From: a virus
Taxonomy: Duplodnaviria; Caudoviricetes
Direction: 5' to 3' (one strand)
Virus record (IMG/VR): IMGVR_UViG_3300046321_000151
Coordinates: 1 to 27,478 of that record
DNA: 27,478 bases
Shown: piece by piece, positions 17,100-24,749 of the stretch
Layout: each line of letters opens with the position of its first letter
How positions within the stretch are numbered: the first letter of the stretch is position 1
Position numbers and translations under genes: made by a program
Notes under the pieces: model-generated
What the model was told of the DNA's origin: nothing
What the model saw: the letters and a program-made list of their open reading frames with translations, nothing else
Database searches by the model: none

Positions 17100-17358
17100 G
17101 GGATTTTGCTTTCTTAGTTGGGGTTGGGTCGATTCGCTGGAGCCATGATACGGCAAAGTCAGCTTCATTTGTTTCTACATAGGTGCCTGTGTCGGTCAAC
17201 TGTTTGATACCTTGACCTGTGCAGCGGAAGATTCGGCCTCTGCCGCTATGCTCACCTTGGAACGACTTGACGGTCACCGTCAGCCCGATGTTCGGACTCT
17301 TGGATTGGCCTAGGCCGCCTACGACAAGGCAGCGGTCTCCGGCTGAAATTGGTCTCAT
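17077..17358 (-). CDS. hypothetical protein
   Basis: AAGGA SD and ATGA coupling; small beta-rich protein. Confidence 0.7.
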   Translation of the reverse strand: MRPISAGDRCLVVGGLGQSKSPNIGLTVTVKSFQGEHSGRGRIFRCTGQGIKQLTDTGTYVETNEADFAVSWLQRIDPTPTKKAKSRELQATS

Positions 17359-17519
17359 GCTAGGTCCTTTTGAAGTTTTTGTATGTCCAGTTTCAGGGCT
17401 TCTATTTCCTGCCTGAGTAGTTCGCCCTCTTGCTCGTTTGCCACAGAGCGTTTGTACTCACAAGTGACGCAGCGGGGGCTGAGCGGTGCAAGGGTCAGGC
17501 ATTGGTAGCAGGGTGTCAT
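17355..17519 (-). CDS. small CxxC..CxxC Zn-finger plus coiled-coil protein (54 aa, not in ORF track)
   Basis: MTPCYQCLTLAPLSPRCVTCEYKRSVANEQEGELLRQEIEALKLDIQKLQKDLA; ATGA overlaps at both ends. Confidence 0.75.
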   Translation of the reverse strand: MTPCYQCLTLAPLSPRCVTCEYKRSVANEQEGELLRQEIEALKLDIQKLQKDLA

Positions 17520-18115
17520 GGGGTGCTCCATTGTTGGGACATGGCTTTTGCAATTCCGCCGAAGGTAGTGGACCGGAGCTTCCAGCGGTCAGCGCTTGGG
17601 GCCAGTATATTCTGCCCGCTGTCGGTTTGGTTACCCCAGCGCCGCTTGCCGTCGATGATGCGAGGCTCGACGTACTGGGTTGGCCTGAGCAGCGGGAGAC
17701 CTTTCAGCCAAAGACAGGTCTTCTTGCTGGCATCGTGGCCAAATTCGTAGGGCTGGATGATCTGGTCCGACTTACGGATTCGGCTGCTGATTATGCTGAT
17801 AGGGTTTTCTATGGCCCACTTGGGTATGTTGCAGCCCATCAGCTTCTGTACGAACTCAAGTGCATCTTCAGTCAGTTTTGGGTCCCGCAGGCCTCGTGTC
17901 GTCCAGTGCATGCCGCTGACGCTAAGGTATGTACATGGTGGGTTGAATGTGGCCAGGTCCCACCCCTCATTGATGATGTCAAACACGTCACCCTGGTAGT
18001 GGTGGGGGCTGCCGTCGTCGGCAGGTAGTAAGTCACACGAAATGGCGTCGTGCCCTAAAGCTCTAAACGCCTCCCGTATTTTTCCACTATATTCGCACCC
18101 GCATAAAATTCGCAT
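17516..18115 (-). CDS. short phage-type DNA (cytosine-5) methyltransferase
   Basis: MRILCGCEYSG..REAF..GHDAISCDL, catalytic PPC, ENP, KKTCLW, RSTTF.GIA.AM..QW. Confidence 0.8.
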   Translation of the reverse strand: MRILCGCEYSGKIREAFRALGHDAISCDLLPADDGSPHHYQGDVFDIINEGWDLATFNPPCTYLSVSGMHWTTRGLRDPKLTEDALEFVQKLMGCNIPKWAIENPISIISSRIRKSDQIIQPYEFGHDASKKTCLWLKGLPLLRPTQYVEPRIIDGKRRWGNQTDSGQNILAPSADRWKLRSTTFGGIAKAMSQQWSTP

Positions 18116-18143
18116 AAAATACTTTCTTAAGTAGGGTCTGTTG

Positions 18144-19001
18144 TTACATATCCAAGGCAGAGCGCCATCCAATGAACCGCGCAAAACGCGGTGCGTCCTT
18201 CACCCCATACGCCATACTACGGTATTTAAGGATGCGCCCGGAGACAACCGAGTCCCACAGCGCTGTGCGCTCAGCGTGGGTCAGCTTGCCTGGCGCACAC
18301 TTGAACTCCATGTTTGTCTTGAGGTCGCGGCAAACAAACCCGCCGACCATACCTTTGCCTGTCAAGCCTGCGGCATGGGTGCTTCGCTCCGTCTGACCGA
18401 GTTCGTTGGTGAAAGCTTCGTTCTGGTTTTCCATGGCTTCGTACGCGTAGAGAATTACAGCCTCCGCATCAGAAAAGGGCTTCATCTTCAGCATATCCTG
18501 TGACTTAGCAGTGCTGCGACCGTACTTGTACTCGGCGTCGAGGTTCCGCAGAATAGCCCCTTCAAAGCCTTGCTCAAGTGAGTCAGAGTAGTAGGCGTCA
18601 AGTTGGGCCTGTGACTCAATCAAGGTCTGAGTAAGCACTTGTATGAACGCTGGCAGGTCCCGCGCCCTCAACCGGGCCAAGCGTTCAGCATAAGTCCCGC
18701 CCCCGCTCAAGTCGTCGAACACGTAGAACGTGAATTCTGGCTCACCTTCGTGAGACATCACCGCAGAGTTGGTTGCGCGGTAGCAGTCCGGCGCAGCCGC
18801 CGAACCGGCGATGACTTCCCCATCCAAGTTCTGGTACTTTGACAGCACCTCTCGGATGTGCAGATTCGGGACCGGCTTGAGCGACCGGGTGAGCGCCCCT
18901 CCGAACTTGGTGACGACGCGGATTCCATCGAGCTTGATAGATGCTAATTTTGGAAATTCTACAGGGCCTGCGGCCTCACATGCCAGGTTAGTCTTAAACA
19001 T
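18144..19001 (-). CDS. ATP-dependent DNA ligase
   Basis: KLDGIR, LDGEV, FYVFD, EGAILR, LKMK and PRF motifs. Confidence 0.93.
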   Translation of the reverse strand: MFKTNLACEAAGPVEFPKLASIKLDGIRVVTKFGGALTRSLKPVPNLHIREVLSKYQNLDGEVIAGSAAAPDCYRATNSAVMSHEGEPEFTFYVFDDLSGGGTYAERLARLRARDLPAFIQVLTQTLIESQAQLDAYYSDSLEQGFEGAILRNLDAEYKYGRSTAKSQDMLKMKPFSDAEAVILYAYEAMENQNEAFTNELGQTERSTHAAGLTGKGMVGGFVCRDLKTNMEFKCAPGKLTHAERTALWDSVVSGRILKYRSMAYGVKDAPRFARFIGWRSALDM

Positions 19002-19178
19002 TTAGGTTTTCTCAATTGGTTGAAATGCTTTGGTACCGTCAGGGAAGTGGCGGTAGGGTCCGATTCGGCTTGGGAAGGCCAAGATTGCGTTGCAGCCGGG
19101 GCGGCCATCGTAAGGCTTGAGTTCAAGTCCTTGGTACTGGTCTGCCGGCGGCTTGTAGGGTTTTTCGGGTTTTGTCAT
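19002..19178 (-). CDS. hypothetical protein (58 aa, not in ORF track)
   Basis: MTKPEKPYKPPADQYQGLELKPYDGRPGCNAILAFPSRIGPYRHFPDGTKAFQPIEKT; TAA abuts the ligase ATG. Confidence 0.7.
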   Translation of the reverse strand: MTKPEKPYKPPADQYQGLELKPYDGRPGCNAILAFPSRIGPYRHFPDGTKAFQPIEKT

Positions 19179-19186
19179 AGTTTAGG

Positions 19187-19215
19187 CAAAATAAAACAGG
19201 GCCTAGGCCCTGTTT
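19187..19215 (-). terminator. intrinsic terminator (perfect 22-bp palindrome)
   Basis: AAACAGGGCCTAGGCCCTGTTT (19194-19215), followed on the minus strand by TATTTT. Confidence 0.8.
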
Positions 19216-19234
19216 GTTGTGGAGTCAAGTCCGA

Positions 19235-19495
19235 TTAAGCTGCTACGCGCCACACGCCTACAGCATCCTTGCCGTCAATGACGACAGAACGGACGGCGAA
19301 CTTGGGAGCGCCTTCACCGTAGGACTTGCGGTAGTTGGTTACAGCCGCAGACAAGCGGTTGATGACCTTGGTAACGCTTACGACTTCATCTTCGATGAAG
19401 CAATCGCCTTCAGCCAAAGAGGCGAAGTCATATTTGTGCTCACGTTTAACGGTGCGCTTGGGGAGAGGAATGTTTTTGTGAATGGTCAGTGCCAT
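19235..19495 (-). CDS. small basic putative DNA-binding protein (IPLP..KY.F..L..GD.F family, DUF7303-like)
   Basis: KNIPLPKR, KYDFASLAEGDCF, FAVR and VGVWRV motifs; own terminator. Confidence 0.75.
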   Translation of the reverse strand: MALTIHKNIPLPKRTVKREHKYDFASLAEGDCFIEDEVVSVTKVINRLSAAVTNYRKSYGEGAPKFAVRSVVIDGKDAVGVWRVAA

Positions 19496-19533
19496 GATAT
19501 TCTTTCGTGGTGGTTGATGGAAATCTGAGGAAG

Positions 19534-19773
19534 TCAGGGTTGATATTTTATATCAATTCCCTTGGTCGGGTGGTGTGAGTAGAAAATAAATTTGCTGTTG
19601 TCTATGCTGGCCGCAAGTTCTAGTGTGTTTGGCCTCTGGCAGGCTTTGATGTCTACTGGCCGCCTGTGTGGTGCCTGTACAACAACATGCTTTGCGTCTA
19701 ACGGTACCAGCTTCAGTAACTCCGCTAGGTGCTCAGTCTCGTAGGGCAGCGGCCCGTAAATCTCGGTCTTCAT
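19534..19773 (-). CDS. hypothetical protein
   Basis: MKTEIYG start with ATGA coupling and GAGGA SD. Confidence 0.65.
   Translation of the reverse strand: MKTEIYGPLPYETEHLAELLKLVPLDAKHVVVQAPHRRPVDIKACQRPNTLELAASIDNSKFIFYSHHPTKGIDIKYQP
19540..19556. promoter_or_regulatory. palindrome overlapping a candidate extended -10 promoter
   Basis: TTGATAT-TTT-ATATCAA; minus strand reads TG-A-TATAAA(AT); no good -35 box. Confidence 0.4.
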
Positions 19774-20090
19774 CGCTGCATCCTCAACCATGCTTGGTCG
19801 ATGGCCGCCTTCGGTATGCGCGGGGCATGCCAAAGGCAGGTGTCAAGGCCTCGGATAATCAGCTTGACCGTGGCCTTCTGCAGCGCGTTGCGCTCTATCT
19901 GGTGTAGGCAGGCTCGGAAGTCAGACTCCAAGGCCTTGGGCGGCTTCTTTGAGGCCAGCAGCACAAGCTCCATGGTGGCCGCGATGCCGCTTAGAAGCTC
20001 AGCGCAGGGTTCGCCCTCGTCGAGCATGAGTACAGCAATTTTTTGGTCCATCACTGCGCGTTGCAGTGGGGTCACTGGTAGGCCTATCAT
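19770..20090 (-). CDS. hypothetical protein
   Basis: MIGLPV start with GAGGTG SD and ATGA coupling. Confidence 0.7.
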   Translation of the reverse strand: MIGLPVTPLQRAVMDQKIAVLMLDEGEPCAELLSGIAATMELVLLASKKPPKALESDFRACLHQIERNALQKATVKLIIRGLDTCLWHAPRIPKAAIDQAWLRMQR

Positions 20091-20215
20091 CGCAGGAACA
20101 CCTCGATAACAGCCACAACCAACCACACTGCGGCCAGAATTTTCCCTGTGGTTGCTGGTGTGTGTGGGGCTATCCAAACGGCGGACATAAGAAGAGCGAG
20201 GTCTACTGGGGTCAT
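20087..20215 (-). CDS. small hydrophobic membrane protein (42 aa, not in ORF track)
   Basis: MTPVDLALLMSAVWIAPHTPATTGKILAAVWLVVAVIEVFLR; ATGA overlaps at both ends. Confidence 0.7.
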   Translation of the reverse strand: MTPVDLALLMSAVWIAPHTPATTGKILAAVWLVVAVIEVFLR

Positions 20216-20412
20216 TTTGTTTTCTCAGTTTTGGGCATAGGGAACCAGCCACGTATCCAAGTGGCCTGTGGGCTGTACTGGCCGATGGTGGCGACACCAC
20301 CCTCAGTCAGCAACAGAACTTTTACACCCCGAGGTGTGTCCTTGTCAATCGGCAGCCAGTACACGTCTGTGGCGACGGCTGCCGTCTTCTCAGAATTCAC
20401 TTTAAAATTCAT
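20212..20412 (-). CDS. DUF551-like small phage protein
   Basis: WLPI...P.G.KVLL and W..W.PMP pattern. Confidence 0.7.
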   Translation of the reverse strand: MNFKVNSEKTAAVATDVYWLPIDKDTPRGVKVLLLTEGGVATIGQYSPQATWIRGWFPMPKTEKTK

Positions 20413-20620
20413 GGTACTTTTTCGGTTGGGTCAGTCCTCGGTCTTGGTCCAAGGCCAGTACGAAGGACTCAAGTGCTTGTGGGTCAAATTCAAACACAGG
20501 CGGTACACCGGGCCGGTACCGTGTCGCAGTCGTCATGGCCAAGGTTTCCAAGGACTTGCAGGCTCGTGCTGGGCAGTTGAAACCCCGTGTGCGTTGGCCG
20601 AAATCATCACAACAGTTCAC
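20402..20620 (-). CDS. hypothetical protein with Cys-rich N-terminus
   Basis: GTG start after AAAGGA; NCCDDFGQRTRGFNCPAR. Confidence 0.65.
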   Translation of the reverse strand: MNCCDDFGQRTRGFNCPARACKSLETLAMTTATRYRPGVPPVFEFDPQALESFVLALDQDRGLTQPKKYHEF

Positions 20621-20909
20621 GTCTAATCCTTTCAAGCGTTTGACGGCGGCCTATCGTATCACCGCCAAGCGTATCACAGTAGTTGAGCACCGATTCGTGG
20701 GCCTGCAGCAGCAAGTCCAGTTCGCGGCGCAGCTTGATGCCCTCGTCACGCAGGTCGATGTTGGCGCAGCGGAGTTCCATGTTCTGGGTCAGTTCCCGGT
20801 TTGGGTCTGCATACGCGATGGCTGAGAGAGCCTCCGAATACTCCTCGTAGTCGTCGTCACCTAGGTTCTGTCTTAAGAACCTGTCTACCATATCAAAATC
20901 TGGCGTCAT
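20607..20909 (-). CDS. hypothetical coiled-coil protein
   Basis: AGGAG SD; coupled to neighbours. Confidence 0.7.
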   Translation of the reverse strand: MTPDFDMVDRFLRQNLGDDDYEEYSEALSAIAYADPNRELTQNMELRCANIDLRDEGIKLRRELDLLLQAHESVLNYCDTLGGDTIGRRQTLERIRRELL

Positions 20910-21082
20910 GTGTTGCTCCTGCTATTTTCGTAATGATAAAGCTCGTAGAACCGAGCCTTCTGCCACTGCCCCCACTCCCACTCTCCGGGTGCGTTTGCTG
21001 GTGCTGCGTACCTCACCATCAGCACAATTCCGAATAGCGTCTGCTTGTGGGCGAATTCTATAGCGTCATTTTTTAGGCTCAT
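20906..21082 (-). CDS. hypothetical protein (58 aa, not in ORF track)
   Basis: MSLKNDAIEFAHKQTLFGIVLMVRYAAPANAPGEWEWGQWQKARFYELYHYENSRSNT; ATGA overlaps at both ends. Confidence 0.7.
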   Translation of the reverse strand: MSLKNDAIEFAHKQTLFGIVLMVRYAAPANAPGEWEWGQWQKARFYELYHYENSRSNT

Positions 21083-21273
21083 GCTCTTTCCTTATAAGTT
21101 GTAAAGCGCTTGGCTGTACCTTCAGTCTCAATACGGGACCATATCTCAGCTTTTAGCTCAGGGCTGTAAGTGTTCCAGTTAGCCACTTCTAAGTAGTGCC
21201 TACCACAGCCGGTGCAGACATCCTTGTAAAGTGTATCGCACAAGGCGATACACGGCGAGTCTGGCCTTGTCAT
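21079..21273 (-). CDS. DUF1289 (YdhL-like) predicted Fe-S/Cys4 protein
   Basis: SPCIALC...VCTGCGR..EV.NW..YS signature. Confidence 0.85.
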   Translation of the reverse strand: MTRPDSPCIALCDTLYKDVCTGCGRHYLEVANWNTYSPELKAEIWSRIETEGTAKRFTTYKERA

Positions 21274-21632
21274 AGCCCTTCGTCCGCTAGGACTTCGCTG
21301 ATTAAAAGTAGAAATAGGCTCTTGTCTAGGTTTGACATGCACCTATACACCTCATCGCTGGACTTGTACTTGTTTATGTACTCATTTACTGCTGGCCCAC
21401 CTCCGATTGTCGATGGGGGAGGATTCTTCGCCAAGGTCCTGAACTCCGAGCTTATGGGTCCGTATTGGCGGTGGGCATCCTCGGGGTTGATGCGCCACAC
21501 GTAATCGCTGTCAATCTTGTCGTGGTCGCCAAGTCGAACTATCCGTGCTGCCTCCCAGTGGTTGGGGTGGTCCTTGAAGTGCTGCTGTTGAATCCTAGCG
21601 CCTCGCGCTGCTGCAAAAAGTAGTCTACTCAT
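21270..21632 (-). CDS. hypothetical protein
   Basis: GGAG SD; ATGA coupling. Confidence 0.7.
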   Translation of the reverse strand: MSRLLFAAARGARIQQQHFKDHPNHWEAARIVRLGDHDKIDSDYVWRINPEDAHRQYGPISSEFRTLAKNPPPSTIGGGPAVNEYINKYKSSDEVYRCMSNLDKSLFLLLISEVLADEGL

Positions 21633-22441
21633 GTTTTGTCTCCTATGCCGTGGGCACGCTCAACGGCTCGTACAGTTTTACGCATGGACTTGCTATCGAC
21701 TGGGCAGAATGGGTTATTGATGCTGAAAGTCCTATCCCTTAGTGTTTCAATCTGCTCATCAGTCAAAGGCAACCGTACTGGCTGCGCCACAACAATCGGA
21801 GTTGTCTGCGCTGTATTTGCACATCCGCTGTGCCCACGTTTTACGCACAGTTCGCAGAGTGACTTGCATGGCTCCCGTACTGGCAGCGCGGCGGTGTAAA
21901 GCCTTGCAGCCCTCCATGCGGCTCTCGCAGCGTTTGCAGGATTGCATGGGTAGTTATACTCCTTCATCATTGCTGCGATTGCATCGGCGGCTTCCTGAGA
22001 TATTTCTGAGGGTAATGCCACTAGCTGCGCGGCCTGAATTGAATCTGCACGGACTATCACAGCATCCACGCACCCGTCTTCACACTCCGTACCTACCTCA
22101 AACCACTCCCAGTCATCGGGCTCACCATCCTCGCCTTTGAAAGCGTGGAAGCGCCCACGCGCAAGAATTTCTGTATCAGCGGCTGTCTTATTTGTCCATG
22201 CCTCAAGCATTTCAGCTTCTTTAGACCATGGCACGAATGGCATTGCAGTTGGCTGCGCGATATGTACACTTTCAGGCGAATTTTGTACACGTTCTTGCGA
22301 TGTGTATAAATCCCGTTTATTTTTAAGTGCTTCCGTCAGTGCTGCGCGTAGGGCTTTGCGGGTTTGTGCTGTTCCTTCCCCTACTTTCAAGTCGCGGTAG
22401 CGGTCAGCCAGCGCCATAAGTGTGTCTACTGTGTGGGTCAT
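21629..22441 (-). CDS. modular hypothetical early protein with C-terminal PLTDEQI..ERAHGI module
   Basis: GGAGG SD; ATGA coupling; patchwork of short domains. Confidence 0.75.
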   Translation of the reverse strand: MTHTVDTLMALADRYRDLKVGEGTAQTRKALRAALTEALKNKRDLYTSQERVQNSPESVHIAQPTAMPFVPWSKEAEMLEAWTNKTAADTEILARGRFHAFKGEDGEPDDWEWFEVGTECEDGCVDAVIVRADSIQAAQLVALPSEISQEAADAIAAMMKEYNYPCNPANAARAAWRAARLYTAALPVREPCKSLCELCVKRGHSGCANTAQTTPIVVAQPVRLPLTDEQIETLRDRTFSINNPFCPVDSKSMRKTVRAVERAHGIGDKT

Positions 22442-22770
22442 GCTGTGCCTCCCTTGTCTGCATGAAATTCCGACATAAGAATGTCAATATGGGCATCAAA
22501 ATACTCTCCTGTCATTGGCTCCAATGCAATGAAGTCATCGACAGAGTTTTCGGACTTTGTTGCGAAGTGGTCGCGCAGGAACCTGTAACGCTCCGCATCA
22601 CGCTGCGCTTCGTCAGCAATGGCTGGGGCGGCGAGTTTTCTTTCTGCCCATCGAACCGCCACTTGCATAGTCTTGCTACTGCAAGGGCAATAGGGGTTAC
22701 CTGTGCTGAAAATATCTTTGCGGCCCTGCTCAATTTGCTCATCTGTCAATCGCTCGATTAGATTTGTCAT
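22438..22770 (-). CDS. Ead/Ea22-like early protein
   Basis: RDAERYRFLRD...D..ID motif; N-terminal LTDEQIE module. Confidence 0.75.
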   Translation of the reverse strand: MTNLIERLTDEQIEQGRKDIFSTGNPYCPCSSKTMQVAVRWAERKLAAPAIADEAQRDAERYRFLRDHFATKSENSVDDFIALEPMTGEYFDAHIDILMSEFHADKGGTA

Positions 22771-22946
22771 ATCTTCCTTAAAATTGGTTTGAATAACATC
22801 GAATAACTCTTGCCGAGTCGTCTGTGCATGGTGTTCATCTGCCGGCGCTTGTTGTCCTCAAGGACTTTGGCCTTGTAGGCGGCCCTGCGGCGCATCCGGC
22901 GGAGGGTTACCAGTCGGATTAGCTTCTCGTAGTAGGCGTCATTCAT
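22767..22946 (-). CDS. small Arg/Lys-rich protein (59 aa, not in ORF track)
   Basis: MNDAYYEKLIRLVTLRRMRRRAAYKAKVLEDNKRRQMNTMHRRLGKSYSMLFKPILRKI; GGAGG SD; coupled at both ends. Confidence 0.75.
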   Translation of the reverse strand: MNDAYYEKLIRLVTLRRMRRRAAYKAKVLEDNKRRQMNTMHRRLGKSYSMLFKPILRKI

Positions 22947-23088
22947 CTAACAATTCCTCCAACAATGCCTTAAAAGCCTTTTCCAGTGAGTCACCTATCT
23001 CTTTCGGGATAGGCTCTTTTAGGGCCAGAGCCCAGCCCTCAATCTGGGACAGCAGCATAATGATGGCGGTAATTTGTGGTTTGGTCAT
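22939..23088 (-). CDS. hypothetical protein (49 aa, not in ORF track)
   Basis: MTKPQITAIIMLLSQIEGWALALKEPIPKEIGDSLEKAFKALLEELLDE; AAGGT SD; ATGA coupling. Confidence 0.7.
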   Translation of the reverse strand: MTKPQITAIIMLLSQIEGWALALKEPIPKEIGDSLEKAFKALLEELLDE

Positions 23089-23480
23089 TTCAGTACCTTA
23101 ATAGTGGCAAGTGCTATTGCTTTTTGTGGGTCACCGCTTGCAACAGAGACCCAGCTAAGCTTCTTGTAATCATACACAATGACTTCCCACATGCTCACAT
23201 CGGTATAGCCTTGTATTCTTGACTTCTTTAAGTCTCCGCTACTGATTGCAGAGGGCCAAGTGCTGTACTTGGCAGCTATTGGGCCGGTTACACTCCAGTC
23301 TCTGTAATCGAAGACTCTAAACTCAAGGACTGTCCACGGTTCTTTTCCCAGTATAGCACTCGGAATCTGCACCTTGTCAGCGGGGTCCCCGGTGTAGACA
23401 ATACACACGCCGTCGGTAATAGAGGCTGTGGTCCATCCTACAGCTTGGGCTAGTAGGAAGTTGATGTCTTGGTCAGTCAT
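23085..23480 (-). CDS. NinX/ABA-sandwich-like phage protein
   Basis: MTDQDIN..LA.AVGW, FDY.DW..TGPI and P..AIA.A pattern. Confidence 0.6.
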   Translation of the reverse strand: MTDQDINFLLAQAVGWTTASITDGVCIVYTGDPADKVQIPSAILGKEPWTVLEFRVFDYRDWSVTGPIAAKYSTWPSAISSGDLKKSRIQGYTDVSMWEVIVYDYKKLSWVSVASGDPQKAIALATIKVLK

Positions 23481-24259
23481 ATGATTTGCCTAAATTGAAT
23501 CCACCCTGTTAGATTCCCACTACGGGTATCAGCGCTGAGCGCCGGTGTGGCTTGGTGTTCTAAGGGCGAAAGGTGCTTGGGGTCACTACCTGCCAAGCGC
23601 TCATACAGCGCAAGGTCCGCTTCTACGCTAGGCGTCCTACCCTCATGGGTCAGGTAGCTTACCCTGGCGCAGCGAGCCGCTGAGATTTTGCAGTCTAGCA
23701 TCGCTACTGAATCCACGTAGGGCAGGTGCCACTGGCCGAGTCTGAGCTCTCGAACAATTGAGATGTCCATGGCGAATTGCATGTGCTTGGCCAAGCCCTG
23801 GAAGTGGGGCTCAGCGTCTGGGTGGGCTCGCAACTCAAAGAAGTTGTCCCATTCAGTGGCGGTCACTACCGTTCGCATCCACTGGAAAGGCTCTAGGATT
23901 CGGTTGCCGATCTGTTTGTGCAGGCCAAGCTTGGATAGGCCCCATGCAAAGACGCAGGCGGCCTTGGAGGCGGCCACCCAAGTGAACTTGGCAAGGGCTC
24001 GACGTGCCCCTGTGACCTCTGCTCCGGCCTGCATGCCTGGCTTGTTGGAGCCCCAGACCATTGGAATGAACGGATCGTTCCATACTTCTGAAATTAACTT
24101 AGAGACTGGAATAGCCCTACTAGACATTGCGTTACGTGAGAAAACCCTATGGGTCATTACCTCTCCGTGAATGATACGGGGGTAGGTCAGTGAAAAAGTT
24201 GTAAGTCGTACGCCATGCTCACTAATTGAGTCGGCAATAATGTCAGCGGTAATATTCAT
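23477..24259 (-). CDS. thyX: FAD-dependent thymidylate synthase
   Basis: PRIIHGEVMTHRVFSRNAMSSRAIP, HKQ..NR.LEPF, NFF.LR, ARCARVSY, HLSPLEH. Confidence 0.92.
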   Translation of the reverse strand: MNITADIIADSISEHGVRLTTFSLTYPRIIHGEVMTHRVFSRNAMSSRAIPVSKLISEVWNDPFIPMVWGSNKPGMQAGAEVTGARRALAKFTWVAASKAACVFAWGLSKLGLHKQIGNRILEPFQWMRTVVTATEWDNFFELRAHPDAEPHFQGLAKHMQFAMDISIVRELRLGQWHLPYVDSVAMLDCKISAARCARVSYLTHEGRTPSVEADLALYERLAGSDPKHLSPLEHQATPALSADTRSGNLTGWIQFRQII

Positions 24260-24561
24260 TTTAGTGCTCTTTCTTTGTGTGTAGACCCAAACCACCAAGT
24301 GGTGCAGGCGGTTCGTAGGAGGGCTTGATTATCGAGCAGGCGGGATTTCCAAGAGGTCTCGAAGGTCTCTAGCGCCTGCTCTGTGGCTGCGGCCCGCACT
24401 TGGCTCACGTAGTTGTCAAGCATTGGCAGTAGCAGTAGAGTGCTGAGCGCCAAGCCTGCGGCGGCTGAAAATCCGATGTGGGCAAGTGCCCGCTTGCCCT
24501 TGGCCGTTGCGGGGTTCGGCAGTTGCGGGATTCGCATGGTGGGGAGTGGCTTAAGCACCAT
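24256..24561 (-). CDS. hypothetical single-TM membrane protein
   Basis: TM AHIGFSAAAGLALSTLLLLPML; stop overlaps the thyX ATG. Confidence 0.65.
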   Translation of the reverse strand: MVLKPLPTMRIPQLPNPATAKGKRALAHIGFSAAAGLALSTLLLLPMLDNYVSQVRAAATEQALETFETSWKSRLLDNQALLRTACTTWWFGSTHKERALK

Positions 24562-24748
24562 AGCTCGCCACCAGCAGGGTGATCGCGCCCGCCATTGACA
24601 GGCCTCCAACGGCCAAGCGGGCATCGTGGACTGCTTGCTCTGTAGCAGGCGGCAATGGCCCCGTGCCGGTCAGGGCGAACGCCGTAAGGTTCACCAGCAA
24701 GATGATTGAGGGCAGGGCCACTATCAGTGCCAGAATTTTTAGTCCCAT
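24551..24748 (-). CDS. small 2-TM membrane protein
   Basis: Two hydrophobic segments. Confidence 0.7.
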   Translation of the reverse strand: MGLKILALIVALPSIILLVNLTAFALTGTGPLPPATEQAVHDARLAVGGLSMAGAITLLVASYGA

Positions 24749-24749
24749 A

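Noticed and set aside
19194-19215. Perfect palindrome as operator or origin
   Set aside because: Sufficiently explained as an intrinsic terminator with a T-tract right after a gene
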